In this document: positions 1 to 10,084 of the stretch, piece after piece | Numbering within the stretch: position 1 is the stretch's first letter | Layout: every line of letters starts with the position of its first letter | NCBI GenBank assembly: GCA_963974355.1 | Contig: CAXBDS010000003.1 | Coordinates: 8,299-72,298 of the forward strand | Direction of reading: 5' to 3' | Origin: an uncultured Opitutaceae bacterium | Lineage (GTDB): Bacteria; Verrucomicrobiota; Verrucomicrobiia; Opitutales; Opitutaceae | Length of the DNA: 64,000 nt | The notes under the pieces: generated by a model | What the model was told of the DNA's origin: nothing | Database searches by the model: none | The model's input: only the letters and a program-made list of their open reading frames with translations | Program-made: the position numbers and the translations under genes

Positions 1-2
1 TC

Positions 3-665
3 ATGTTGAATCTGCCGTGCAATCCGACCGGCGGCACGTGCACCAAGGAGCAGCTCGAAAAGATCGCCGCCTTCTGCCGCGAAAAAGACCTGTTGGTCTT
101 GAGCGACGAAATCTACTCCGAGCTGACGTTCGACGGCGTGCACACCAGCATCGCCAGTCTGCCCGGCATGGCGGAGCGCACGATCTTCCTGCACGGCTTT
201 TCCAAGGCCTTCGCCATGACGGGCTGGCGCATCGGCTACGCCTGTGGTCCGGCGGTCCTCATCGACGCGATGATGAAGGTGCATCAATACGCCATGATGT
301 GCGCCTCGATCATCGCCCAGGAGGGCGCCCTTGAAGCGCTGAACCACGGCTGGGACAACGTGCAAAAGATGCGCGACCAATACCACCGCCGCCGCGACCT
401 CGTGGTGCGTCGCTTCAACGAGATCGGCCTCACCTGCCATTCGCCCCGCGGATCCTTCTACGCGTTTCCCAGCGTCAAGGCCCTCGGCATAACCGAAAAA
501 GAATTCGCGACCGGCCTGCTCACCGAGCACAAAGTCGCCGTCGTGCCGGGCCTCGCGTTCGGTGAAAACGGTCGCGGTCACGTCCGCGCCTGTTTTGCTA
601 CCAGCTACGAACACCTGATTGACGCCTGCGACCGCATTGAGCGGTTCGTCACGTCCCGGTGTTAG
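3..665 (+). CDS. PLP-dependent aminotransferase class I/II, 5'-truncated by the window edge
   Basis: NPTG, SDEIY and FSKAFAMTGWRIGY (PLP-lysine) motifs, C-terminal VRACFA; the N-terminal half of the fold is absent, so the gene begins upstream. Confidence 0.9.
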   Translation: MLNLPCNPTGGTCTKEQLEKIAAFCREKDLLVLSDEIYSELTFDGVHTSIASLPGMAERTIFLHGFSKAFAMTGWRIGYACGPAVLIDAMMKVHQYAMMCASIIAQEGALEALNHGWDNVQKMRDQYHRRRDLVVRRFNEIGLTCHSPRGSFYAFPSVKALGITEKEFATGLLTEHKVAVVPGLAFGENGRGHVRACFATSYEHLIDACDRIERFVTSRC

Positions 666-683
666 CCACAACCCTATTCTCCC

Positions 684-2231
684 ATGCGCACAGTAGCCAT
701 CGTCGGTCGTCCCAACGTCGGTAAGAGCCGCCTCTTCAATCGGCTCGTGCGCAAGCGCATGTCCATCGTGCACGACCAGCCCGGCATCACGCGCGACGTG
801 GTGAGCGCGTTTGTCGAGGACGGTGCGTTCACGCTGCTCGACACGGGCGGCCTCGGCTTGAAGGGCGGCGAGTCCACGCCGGAGCTCACCAAAGCCTCCG
901 AACATCAGGTCGACTTTGCCATCGATACGGCGGATTTCATTCTTTTCATCGTCGACGGCATCCACGGCATCAACGCCCTCGATACCAAAATCGCCGGCCA
1001 ACTGCGCCGCACCAAGAAGAAGGTGCAGCTCGTGATCAACAAAGCCGATTTCGGCGACGCCAAGGTGGATTACGCGGAGGTCTATCGTCTCGGACTGGGC
1101 GAACCGATTCTGTTCTCCGCGGAGCATGGCCGCGGCGAAGACGTGCTGCGCGACGCGATCCTGGCCGAACTCGGCCCTCCGCCACCGCCGCCCGAAGAGG
1201 TCATTAACCCGGCACGTCCCCGCGGACCGTTATGCATCTGCTTCATCGGTCGACCGAACGTGGGCAAGTCCTCCCTCAGCAACCGCCTGCTGGACAGCGA
1301 CCGCTTGATCGTCAGCGACACCCCCGGCACGACACGCGATGCGGTCGAGCTGCCGTTTGAATTCAAAGGCCGCGACGGCGAGATGTATCCCTTTCGCCTG
1401 ATCGATACCGCCGGCATCAAAACGCAGACAAAGGTCGCGTCGCCCGTGGAGTATTTTTCGCGGCTGCGTTCCCTTGACGCCATCGGTCGGGCAGACGTCG
1501 TTTACATGGTGCTCGATGCCATCGACGGCGTCACCCAGCAGGACAAGGCCATCGCCGGTGAAGCGGTGAAAGAGCGCAAGCCGATCATCATCGTCGTCAA
1601 TAAATGGGACGTCGTGAAAAAGTCTTTTGGCGCCGGAGGCTTCCAGGACTTCAACCCCGAAGCCGCGCTGCACGGCTACCGCAACGAACGCGAATACCGC
1701 GAAAAGTATGAACAATCGCTCTCGGGCCGCATGTTCTTCACGCCGGGGTCGCCGGTGATTTTCGTGTCGGCGACCAGTGGATACGAGGTTGACCGCATGT
1801 TGAACGCGGCGGTGAAGATCGACCGCATGCTCGACAAAAAGATTCCAACCGGTCGCCTGAACCGTCTGCTCACCGAGCTGGCGGACCGCACGCCTGCGCC
1901 GGCCATCGGGGGCAAACGCTTCCGGATCTACTACGCCACGCAAACCGGGGTCCGTCCGTTTCGTTTCAAGATTTTCTGCAACCGCGAGGAAAAGCTCACC
2001 GAGCAATACCGTCGCTACCTCGAAGCCGGTTTGGTCAAGGAGTTCGGCCTCGACGGTTGTCCGATGTATTTCGACCTCGTCGGCAAGGAAAAGCACGACG
2101 AGCACGTGAAGCCGTTCTCAGGCAAAGCGAAGCTCGCGGAGCGCGGCGATTTCAAGGCGAAGTGGAAGGTGAAGGAAGAGTCCGGCAAAGACGCCAAGGA
2201 CGACGAACGCTACGAAACGCTCGAAGATTGA
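684..2231 (+). CDS. der: Ribosome biogenesis GTPase Der (EngA)
   Basis: Two GTPase domains, each with GRPNVGKS, DTxG and NKxD, followed by a KH-like domain (RFRIYYATQ...PFRFKIFCN). Confidence 0.96.
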   Translation: MRTVAIVGRPNVGKSRLFNRLVRKRMSIVHDQPGITRDVVSAFVEDGAFTLLDTGGLGLKGGESTPELTKASEHQVDFAIDTADFILFIVDGIHGINALDTKIAGQLRRTKKKVQLVINKADFGDAKVDYAEVYRLGLGEPILFSAEHGRGEDVLRDAILAELGPPPPPPEEVINPARPRGPLCICFIGRPNVGKSSLSNRLLDSDRLIVSDTPGTTRDAVELPFEFKGRDGEMYPFRLIDTAGIKTQTKVASPVEYFSRLRSLDAIGRADVVYMVLDAIDGVTQQDKAIAGEAVKERKPIIIVVNKWDVVKKSFGAGGFQDFNPEAALHGYRNEREYREKYEQSLSGRMFFTPGSPVIFVSATSGYEVDRMLNAAVKIDRMLDKKIPTGRLNRLLTELADRTPAPAIGGKRFRIYYATQTGVRPFRFKIFCNREEKLTEQYRRYLEAGLVKEFGLDGCPMYFDLVGKEKHDEHVKPFSGKAKLAERGDFKAKWKVKEESGKDAKDDERYETLED

Positions 2232-2277
2232 GTCGGTCGCAGGCGTTGAAACGACCCGGGCGGGGGGATACGGTAAT

Positions 2278-3270
2278 ATGGCGAAGGTGATGCGATTGGT
2301 GTTCATGGGCTCCGACGGCATCGCGTTGCCGATGTTGGAACGGCTCGCGGACGAAGGGCGTGCCGTGGTCGAAATCGTCGGCGTGTTCACGCAGCCGGAT
2401 CGTCCGGTGGGACGTGGCCAACGCGTGGTGGCCAATGCCATTAAGACATGGGCCATGGCGGCGGGGGTGCCCGTCTACCAGCCCGAGAAATTCGACGACG
2501 ACGCGCGCCAGCAACTGGCTTTCCTCGAGCCGGACGTGACGCTCGTCATGGCCTATGGGCACATCCTGCGCCTCCCGGTCATCGAGACGCCGCGGCTGGG
2601 CACCTTGAACTTGCACACGTCGTTGTTGCCTCGATACCGAGGCGCGTCGCCGATCCAGACCGCGATCGCCAGCGGCGAACGCGAGACTGGCGTTTCGCTG
2701 ATGCGGATCGTGCCCGCGCTTGATGCCGGCCCCGTCGCCGACGTGGAGCGCGTGGCGGTCGGGTCGCTCGACACCGCACTCGATGTCGAGGCTAAATTGG
2801 CCGAAGCGAGCGCGACCCTCGTGTGGCGCAATCTGCCCAAATTGGCCGCGGGCTCGCTCCGTTTCCATCCGCAGGATGAGTCTCGCGTCACGTTTTGCCG
2901 TCGCCTCTCGAAGGAGGACGGAGCGTTGGATTTCTCCCGCGCCGCCGCCGAGCTTGCCGCGCGCATCAACGGTCTTTTCCCGTGGCCGACGTGCCAAGTC
3001 ATGATCGGCGATACGCCGGTAAAGTTTGGACGCGCGGACACGCTAAGTGAATCCGCCGGCGGTTCCGCAGCCGGCTCCGTGGTCGGCGCCGACGAGAACG
3101 GATTGTTGATCGCGACGGGAAGCGGCACCCTGCGCGTGCGGCAGCTGCAACGCCCCGGGGGCAAGATGTTGGCGGCGGCGGATTTCCTGCGCGGATTTCC
3201 CATCGCGACCGGCACACGCCTGCCGTCGAGCGGCCACACCGTCCTGGTCGGCGCACGTCCCCTGCGATAA
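2278..3270 (+). CDS. fmt: Methionyl-tRNA formyltransferase
   Basis: RLVFMGS, VFTQPDRPVGRG, LNLHTSLLPRYRGASPIQ and LDAGP motifs. Confidence 0.95.
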   Translation: MAKVMRLVFMGSDGIALPMLERLADEGRAVVEIVGVFTQPDRPVGRGQRVVANAIKTWAMAAGVPVYQPEKFDDDARQQLAFLEPDVTLVMAYGHILRLPVIETPRLGTLNLHTSLLPRYRGASPIQTAIASGERETGVSLMRIVPALDAGPVADVERVAVGSLDTALDVEAKLAEASATLVWRNLPKLAAGSLRFHPQDESRVTFCRRLSKEDGALDFSRAAAELAARINGLFPWPTCQVMIGDTPVKFGRADTLSESAGGSAAGSVVGADENGLLIATGSGTLRVRQLQRPGGKMLAAADFLRGFPIATGTRLPSSGHTVLVGARPLR

Positions 3271-3322
3271 GCCGCGACATGCCGCTTGTTTTCGCGGTGG
3301 GATTTGCGCAAAGTTCGCCCCC

Positions 3323-3898
3323 ATGTTGAAAGCATCCGTGTTGGGAGCGTTTGCCGCGCTTCTCGTCTCTCTCTCGTCCGCCCAAACCGCTTCGAACAAT
3401 CTCGGCTACGAGGTGGCCAACATGCGCGAGGATCTGCGTGGACTGGTGCAGCGAGTGGGGGAGCTGTCGCTCCGTATCGAGCAACTGGAGCGCGAAAACA
3501 AATCCCTGCGTTCCGCGACGGCCGGCCTCAACGAAACCTACGCCACGGTGAGCCAGCTCAACTCAGCCATCGCCGACGTGAATCAGGCCCTGCGCGCCGG
3601 GGACAACAGCACCCGCGATCAAGCCGCGAATGCCATCAAGGAGCTCGCCCGCCAAACCAACGCTGCCGTCGATTCGCTCGCCAAGGGCATGGCCCAGCGC
3701 GCCGCCATCACCACGCCCACGTTTAACGACGATTTCTCGAAGGAAGGCGGGCAATACACGATCCAGAAAGGGGATACGCTTTCCAGTATCGCCTCGCGCA
3801 CCAACACTTCGGTCAAAGACATCATCAACGCCAACCGCATCACGGATCCGACGAAAATCCAGGTTGGCCAAACGCTCTTCATTCCCGGCGCCAAGTAA
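3323..3898 (+). CDS. Secreted coiled-coil protein with a C-terminal LysM domain
   Basis: Signal peptide, coiled-coil middle, and YTIQKGDTLSSIA...IINANRITDPTKIQVGQTLFIP. Confidence 0.88.
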   Translation: MLKASVLGAFAALLVSLSSAQTASNNLGYEVANMREDLRGLVQRVGELSLRIEQLERENKSLRSATAGLNETYATVSQLNSAIADVNQALRAGDNSTRDQAANAIKELARQTNAAVDSLAKGMAQRAAITTPTFNDDFSKEGGQYTIQKGDTLSSIASRTNTSVKDIINANRITDPTKIQVGQTLFIPGAK

Positions 3899-3919
3899 CG
3901 CGTTTATTCTCTTTTATTC

Positions 3920-4864
3920 ATGGCCAATTCAAAATCCCGCCTCGGTCGCGGCCTGGGCGGTTTGATCGCCGGCGCCGGTAAAGCCGCTCCCGCCAAAACG
4001 TCGTCCACCGCATCCACGCCCGTCGCCAAAGCGCCGGCCGCCGCCCCGACCAACCCGGCCCCCGGATTCGAGGAGGTTTCGGTCAATGCGATCTCGCCCA
4101 GCCCGTTTCAGGCCCGAAAGGAAATCGCACCGGATCAGCTCACTGAACTGGCCGAAAGTATCAAAGCCGAGGGCCTGCTCCAGCCGGTCGTGGTGCGTAA
4201 ATTGAGCGAAGGTAAATACCAGCTCATCGCCGGTGAACGCCGTTGGCGCGCCTTTCAGCTGCTCAAGCTCAAGTCGATCCCGGTTCGCATCGTCGCGGCG
4301 AGTGATGCGTCCTCCGCCGCGCTCGGCCTGATCGAGAATTTGCAACGCGAGGGCCTCAACCCGATCGAAGAAGCCTATGGCTACGCCAGCCTGATCCGCG
4401 ACTTTGACCTTACCCAGGAAAAGGCCGCCGAACGGGTGGGAAAAAGCCGGGCCGGTGTCGCCAACACGCTTCGCCTGCTGTCGCTTGACGGTGAATTGCA
4501 GGGCTACCTCGCAAAGAGCCTCCTCTCGGTCGGTCACGCCAAGGTGTTGCTCGGTGTCGAGGATGCCGCTCAGCGCGCGGTTTTGGCCCGCCGGGTGATC
4601 GAAGACGCCCTCAGCGTGCGCGCCACGGAAGCCTTGGTGCAGGCAAAAAAGGCCGGAGCCAACGTGACTGCGGCCAACAAAACACCGCTCAAAGGTTCGG
4701 CGGCGGATACTGCCGCGATTCAGGGTATCGAGAAAAAACTTACCAGTCATCTCGGTTCGCGGGTCTTGGTGCAGCACCGTGGGCGTCGGGGCAAAATCGT
4801 CATCGCCTACGCGGGCAACGACGACCTGCAACGCATCTTGGAAAAGCTCGGCGTCGAAGCCTGA
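3920..4864 (+). CDS. parB: ParB/Spo0J chromosome partitioning protein
   Basis: LGRGLGGLI N-terminus, LLQPVVVR...YQLIAGERRWRA, IENLQREGLNPIEEA, HTH SRAGVANTLRLL. Confidence 0.93.
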   Translation: MANSKSRLGRGLGGLIAGAGKAAPAKTSSTASTPVAKAPAAAPTNPAPGFEEVSVNAISPSPFQARKEIAPDQLTELAESIKAEGLLQPVVVRKLSEGKYQLIAGERRWRAFQLLKLKSIPVRIVAASDASSAALGLIENLQREGLNPIEEAYGYASLIRDFDLTQEKAAERVGKSRAGVANTLRLLSLDGELQGYLAKSLLSVGHAKVLLGVEDAAQRAVLARRVIEDALSVRATEALVQAKKAGANVTAANKTPLKGSAADTAAIQGIEKKLTSHLGSRVLVQHRGRRGKIVIAYAGNDDLQRILEKLGVEA

Positions 4865-4870
4865 CCGCAC

Positions 4871-6739
4871 GTGGCTGAGTCGGGCGACAATTCGAGTTCG
4901 ACTAGAGGCGTCATCAGCGAGGCGGTGGGGGGGCTGACGGAGGTCGCCGACTACTTCCGCATGGATCCCGTGCCGCCGATTATGCGCGGCTTGGCGCGCT
5001 ATTCCTGGAGCAAACTGCGGCGCGATCTGATCGCCGCCGTGATGGTGGCGATCGTCACGATCCCGCAGTCCATCGGTTTCGCCGTCGTGGTAGGGATTCC
5101 CGTCAAAGCCGTGATCGCCACGGCGATTGTCGGGGGGTTCTTTTGCTCTCTTTTTTCGACGTCGCGGCACCTGATTTTCGGACCCACCAATACGATTTCG
5201 ATCATCCTGGCCGGGGCCTTGCTCACGGTGGCCGAGGTGCCTCTCACGCCACTGCAGAAGGTCTTGATCATCGGGTTCATGATCGGCGCGTTTCAGGTCG
5301 CGGCCGGTTTCTTTAAGCTCGGCACGCTGACGCACTTCATTTCCCGCACGGTTATCGTCGCCTACACGACCGCCGTTGGCATCCTGATCGGGGTCGGGCA
5401 GCTGAGCAATTTGCTCGGGTTGGCGCGACCGGAAGACGTCAGTCTCCCGGGAATCCTGCGCCATATTGTGACTGGCGTCGGCACGTGGACGCTCAACCCC
5501 ATGACCGCGGGGGTGGGGGTGTCCAGTTTGCTGCTAATGGTGTTGATCAAACGTCTGCGCCCCACGTGGCCCGACGGGCTGATCGTCATCGTTCTCTTCG
5601 GCGCGCTTTCACTGGGCTACCATCTCACCGATTTCGATGTGCCGCTGGTGAGCGATGCCGGCGAGTTGGCCGGCAGCATGCCGCTCTTCATCGGCTTTCC
5701 GACCAACGAAGCCGCGCTGCGTCTGATCCCAGAGGTGGCGAGCGTGGCGTTGGCGGCGGCGCTTCTCGGCATGCTCGAAACCATTTCGATCACCAAGACG
5801 ATCGCGGCGCGTTCCGGCCAAAAAGTTAACCCCAACCAGGAATTGATCGCGACGGGCTTCGGGAATTTCGCCGCAACCGCGTTCGGCGCGATGCCCGGCT
5901 CTTCGTCGTTTGTGCGCACCGCCGTGTGCTATGAATCGGGCGGCGTCACGCAGGCGGCCGGTCTGTTCAGCAGTCTCATCGTGTTGCTGATCTTGGTCGC
6001 CGTGGCTCCCGCCGTGAATTTTGTGCCCATTGCCGTGCTGGCCGCATTCCTAATCCTGATCGCGATCAAGCTCATCAATCTTCGGCAGATCAGCATCGTG
6101 CGCCGGGCCACGAAATCCGATGCGATCGTGTTTTGGGGCACGCTCATCGCGGCCCTGACGCTCCAGCTCGACACCGCCGTTTACGTCGGCATCGGCTTGT
6201 CGCTCGGCCTTTACTTAAAGAAGGCGAGCGCACCGTCACTGGTCGAATATGGCTTCAACGAGGAAGGTCAGCTCTCTCAAATCGAAGGCAAAAAGGAGCG
6301 GCGCAACGAAGCCATCTCCATCGTCCACGTGGAAGGCGAATTATTCTTTGGCGCCGCCGATCTATTTCAGGAACAGGTCAGGTATTTGTCCGACGACGAA
6401 GGCATTCGCGTGGTCATCCTGCGCTTAAAAAATGCCCGCCACCTTGATGCCACGTCGGTGCTATCGCTGCTCCAGCTCCTTGAATACTTGGAGAAAACCG
6501 GCCGGCATCTGCTGATCAGCGGGATCACCCCGGATGTCGAGCGGGTCCTGCGCGCGAGCGGCGCCGAGGCGCAGATCGGCCTCGAAAACATTTTCCCCAC
6601 CGAAGCCAATCTCACGATGAGCACCAAGCGAGCGCTCATGCGCGCCAAGCATCTCATCAAGGAAGATGGCGGCACCGGCCAAGCCGAGGTGCGCCTCTTT
6701 TACGACAAAAACCGGGCCGAGGACAATCAGGGGGCGTAA
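4871..6739 (+). CDS. SulP family anion transporter with C-terminal STAS domain
   Basis: DLIAAVMVAIVTIPQ, GPT and NQELIATG motifs, many TM segments, STAS with LFFGAAD and LDATS; GTG start. Confidence 0.92.
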   Translation: MAESGDNSSSTRGVISEAVGGLTEVADYFRMDPVPPIMRGLARYSWSKLRRDLIAAVMVAIVTIPQSIGFAVVVGIPVKAVIATAIVGGFFCSLFSTSRHLIFGPTNTISIILAGALLTVAEVPLTPLQKVLIIGFMIGAFQVAAGFFKLGTLTHFISRTVIVAYTTAVGILIGVGQLSNLLGLARPEDVSLPGILRHIVTGVGTWTLNPMTAGVGVSSLLLMVLIKRLRPTWPDGLIVIVLFGALSLGYHLTDFDVPLVSDAGELAGSMPLFIGFPTNEAALRLIPEVASVALAAALLGMLETISITKTIAARSGQKVNPNQELIATGFGNFAATAFGAMPGSSSFVRTAVCYESGGVTQAAGLFSSLIVLLILVAVAPAVNFVPIAVLAAFLILIAIKLINLRQISIVRRATKSDAIVFWGTLIAALTLQLDTAVYVGIGLSLGLYLKKASAPSLVEYGFNEEGQLSQIEGKKERRNEAISIVHVEGELFFGAADLFQEQVRYLSDDEGIRVVILRLKNARHLDATSVLSLLQLLEYLEKTGRHLLISGITPDVERVLRASGAEAQIGLENIFPTEANLTMSTKRALMRAKHLIKEDGGTGQAEVRLFYDKNRAEDNQGA

Positions 6740-6832
6740 CGGCGCACTGGTTCGATCACGCAACCTTCGCTCCCTCAGCCCGTCCCGGGCATTGACAAAC
6801 TGCCGGACCGCCTGCTGTGGTCTTCCTTTCTC

Positions 6833-7225
6833 ATGAGCATTCTCATCGGCATCTTCACTTTTATCCTGATCCTCGTCTCCCTTTTCATGATCCTTCTGGT
6901 TCTCATGCAGAAGGCGAAGAGCGACGGTGGCATGGGCGCGGCCTTGGGTGGCGGCGCGGCCGAAGCGACGTTTGGTGCCGATACGGGCAACGTGCTCACC
7001 AAGGCGACGATCAACGCTGCGGTCGCGTTTTTCGTGCTGAGCTTCCTCCTTTACTTGGGCCACATCTGGGAACGCAACCACGGCGACGCCTCGTCGGGCA
7101 CTGCGCTGCCGACCATCGAAGCGCCCGCCGCCGATCCGGTCACGTCCGCGACTCCGACCGAAGAGGCACCTGCCGTGACGTCTCCCGTCACCGCTCCGGC
7201 TCCGGCCACGACGACTCAACCGTAA
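6833..7225 (+). CDS. secG: Preprotein translocase subunit SecG
   Basis: LVLMQKAKSDGGMGAALGGG...FGADTGNVLTKAT between two TM helices. Confidence 0.9.
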   Translation: MSILIGIFTFILILVSLFMILLVLMQKAKSDGGMGAALGGGAAEATFGADTGNVLTKATINAAVAFFVLSFLLYLGHIWERNHGDASSGTALPTIEAPAADPVTSATPTEEAPAVTSPVTAPAPATTTQP

Positions 7226-7232
7226 GCTTGGC

Positions 7233-8111
7233 GTGATCGACGTCCGCCGTCGCCAGATCATTTTCAGGCAGGTCGCTTGGGCGGCCTGCCTTCTTTTTTG
7301 GCTCAATCCGCTCGGAGCCCAGCAAAAGAGCAACCGCCTGCTGCCACGCTACCTGACGGTCGGCACTCCCGATCAAGAGGCCGGAGGCAAGCGTCTGGCC
7401 GCATGGCGCGCCCAAGGTATCGGCGGGGATTATTTCCTGAGCTTCGACCTCGAAACGCTGCCACGTCGCGGGCCAGGGCGCACGATTCCCGGACAATGGT
7501 GGGGCACGCAAACGACCATGGGGCCGCTGTCGCGCGTGCATCTCACGGTCGCGGAAGGAAAATTTGAACGCTGGCTCGTCCAAAATGGCGTTGAGCCGCG
7601 GGTGTGGCGACAATCCGCCGAGGAGACGTCGGCCAACCTGTTGCCGATTGATGCTTGGTTTAACCCGATCGCGGGCACGAATCTTTCGGCCTTTGATCTG
7701 GAGATGCCGTTCACGTATTGGACGGATTGGACTTACGAAGGTGTTACGCGCGTGCGGGGTCGTGCGGCTCATGCCTTCCTGCTTTATGCACCGGCCGATC
7801 TGATCGCCGCGCACCCCGATATCGCCGGCGTGCGGGTGTTTTTAGACGATCAGTTCGATGCGTTGCTCCAAGCGACTCAGCTCAACGCGGATGAGAAACC
7901 GATCAAAACGATGACGGTGCTCGATCTGAAACGGCTTAACGACCAGTGGATCGTCAAATCAGTGGAAGTGCGGGACGAGGTCACGCGCGACAAGACGCGC
8001 TTTGTCGTCAATGGCGCGAAGCTCGGCCTTTCGTTTACCTCTGGGCTCTTCGCGCCGGCCGCCCTCGGCCAACCGGTGAAGGCCCCCGACGGCATCGAAT
8101 CCTTCCAGTAG
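7233..8111 (+). CDS. Outer membrane lipoprotein-sorting (LolA-like) family protein
   Basis: Signal peptide; GTNLSAFDL and KTMTVLDLKRLNDQWIVKSVEVRD...KTRF pattern typical of this family. Confidence 0.65.
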   Translation: MIDVRRRQIIFRQVAWAACLLFWLNPLGAQQKSNRLLPRYLTVGTPDQEAGGKRLAAWRAQGIGGDYFLSFDLETLPRRGPGRTIPGQWWGTQTTMGPLSRVHLTVAEGKFERWLVQNGVEPRVWRQSAEETSANLLPIDAWFNPIAGTNLSAFDLEMPFTYWTDWTYEGVTRVRGRAAHAFLLYAPADLIAAHPDIAGVRVFLDDQFDALLQATQLNADEKPIKTMTVLDLKRLNDQWIVKSVEVRDEVTRDKTRFVVNGAKLGLSFTSGLFAPAALGQPVKAPDGIESFQ

Positions 8112-8170
8112 AGAATCCGCCCGGCGGCGATGGCGGCTCGAAGCCGGCGGCACCGCCCACCGCGGACGAC

Positions 8171-9529
8171 TCAGATCTGGTAAGGCTGCAACGGGGTCGG
8201 GTCGACGACCTTGATCTCAGGCGACTTTTGAGCGATCTGCGCCGCGAACCAATCGCGCGCCTCTTGATCACCATGGGTGAGCACGATGGTGCGCGGCGTG
8301 GCTTGCAGGGCGAATTCAAGAAGCTCTTCGCGATCGGCGTGACCGCTGAGTTCGAAGCGTTCGACGCGTGCCTTCAGTTTGGCCCGCACGTTGATTTTTT
8401 CGAAGAGAAAGTCTTCACCCGGCTTGGCGAGTTGAAGCTGACCACCCGGGGTGTCCGGATCGCAATACCCCACGAAGCCGATCGTGTTGCGCGCGTGACC
8501 GATGAGGCCCGAGGCTAGCGTATAGCTGGGAGTGTTTTCCACCAGCATGCCGGAGCTGATGATGAAGAGCGCGTTTTGTTTCGGATCCTCGCCCGGCTTC
8601 AATTTGCGGGGCAGGGGCTTCAACTTGAGATCCTTCAGGATGCTGCGGTTGAAATTCACGTGCTTGGTCTTGCGCGAAATTTGGTCGAAATAGTCGGCCA
8701 AATCCATCCCCAAACCTGACGCATAAATCGGGCAGTCGACGAGACGACCAAACCGCCGGGCGTCATGCATGACCGAAAGAATCTCCTGCATGCGGCCCAG
8801 GGCGAAAATCGGCATCAGGAACGAGCCGCCGCGCTTGATCGTATCATTGATCGACTCGATGAGACGCGCGACTTCGTGCACGCGCTCCTTGCCGAGCGGA
8901 CGCTCGGTGGTGCCACGCGTTGTCTCGGTGACCACGGTGTCGAAGTGCTCGGCGGGGAATTTCGCGCCCGGCAAGGTGCGCTGATTCTCGAACAACACGT
9001 CACCGGTGAAAAAGATCCCGCGATGCTTGTGGCGAATCTCGAGCGCCGCCGCGCCAGCCACGTGACCGGCGGCGTGCAGAATCAAGGTGATCTCGTCCTT
9101 CGCGCCCTCGAACTTCTTGGGCTGGTTAAACGGCAGGCCGATGAAACGGTTCTTCAAGCGGTCAATATCGGCGTGCGAGAACATCGGGCCGCCGGGCAGG
9201 TTGCCTTCCGCTTGCTGGCGGATCATCACGCTGGCGGAATTCCGCAGCATGCGTTCGATGATGATGCGGCTGGACGACGACATCACGACGGGCGTGTTCG
9301 GGTGCTGCAGCATGGCGAGCATCAAGCTGCCAATATGGTCCAAGTGGCAGTGGGTGATCACGATAAGATCGAGATTCTCCCCGGCAATTTTCGCCAGATC
9401 AGGCGTCGCGTCGCGACCTGACAATTTAGGGTTCAGCCCACAATCAATCAGGATCTTGATGTGACCAATTTCTACGAACAACGCGTTGGCGCCGATGCCG
9501 CCATGGCGGTTCAGATCTAGTAGCTTCAT
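8171..9529 (-). CDS. MBL-fold beta-CASP nuclease (CPSF73/Ysh1-like)
   Basis: HCHLDH, AGHVAG, FTGD, TETTRG, SGHAD and HGD motifs. Confidence 0.9.
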   Translation of the reverse strand: MKLLDLNRHGGIGANALFVEIGHIKILIDCGLNPKLSGRDATPDLAKIAGENLDLIVITHCHLDHIGSLMLAMLQHPNTPVVMSSSSRIIIERMLRNSASVMIRQQAEGNLPGGPMFSHADIDRLKNRFIGLPFNQPKKFEGAKDEITLILHAAGHVAGAAALEIRHKHRGIFFTGDVLFENQRTLPGAKFPAEHFDTVVTETTRGTTERPLGKERVHEVARLIESINDTIKRGGSFLMPIFALGRMQEILSVMHDARRFGRLVDCPIYASGLGMDLADYFDQISRKTKHVNFNRSILKDLKLKPLPRKLKPGEDPKQNALFIISSGMLVENTPSYTLASGLIGHARNTIGFVGYCDPDTPGGQLQLAKPGEDFLFEKINVRAKLKARVERFELSGHADREELLEFALQATPRTIVLTHGDQEARDWFAAQIAQKSPEIKVVDPTPLQPYQI

Positions 9530-9641
9530 TTAGTAAACGATCAGCGGAAAGGACGGCGGGGACGGGAGCAAGCGCAAGTTTACGTCCAAAACCCGCCAAG
9601 ACGGGGGCTTGGGCGTCAAAGACCGCGACCACACCGTCCCG

Positions 9642-10043
9642 TCAGACGTCGTGCACCGCCATCTTAAAGGGCGGCAACTGCACGTGGATGCGGGCGCCGG
9701 TCTCGTCGATTCCGTGGAACGAGCCGTGCGCGGTCACCGGCCCGCCGGTGACATGGTAGCTGTTGTAGGAAAAGACCTCGCCCGGTTCGAGCCGCGGGGA
9801 TTCGCCCACGATTTTTTCGCCTTCGATGATTTCACGCCGCCCGTCGTCGTGGGCGAGCACCCACTTGCGGCCGAGGAGCGTCACGACCCGTTCAGATTCG
9901 TTGAGGATCGTGATGAAATACACGAAGGCATGCGGTTTATCCGGCGGCAGACTTTTGCCGCCGTGATGGTAAACCAATTTATCGAGCCGAGCCGAGAGGC
10001 CGGGCAGTTCCTGCGAGCCACACACATCGGCAATGGATAGCAA
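9642..10043 (-). CDS. apaG: ApaG-domain protein
   Basis: AFVYFITILN...LLGRKW...EGEKIVGESPRLEPGEVFSYNS...GSF; start position uncertain. Confidence 0.8.
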   Translation of the reverse strand: MLSIADVCGSQELPGLSARLDKLVYHHGGKSLPPDKPHAFVYFITILNESERVVTLLGRKWVLAHDDGRREIIEGEKIVGESPRLEPGEVFSYNSYHVTGGPVTAHGSFHGIDETGARIHVQLPPFKMAVHDV

Positions 10044-10084
10044 TCTCGCAGCAGTGCAACCGTCGCGGTTCTTCGGGTTTACCG

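Noticed and set aside
3929-5464. 511-aa minus-strand ORF, and the many other long antisense or alternate-frame ORFs
   Set aside because: They shadow well-supported genes, have no recognisable motifs and are expected in GC-rich DNA.
4871-6739. SulP STAS domain as part of the partner-switching system
   Set aside because: It is the normal transporter STAS (LDATS, no DSSG) and lies over 20 kb away among core genes.
6792-6821. TTGACA upstream of secG as a sigma70 promoter
   Set aside because: The -35 is perfect but the -10 (TGTGGT) is too weak to call from sequence alone.
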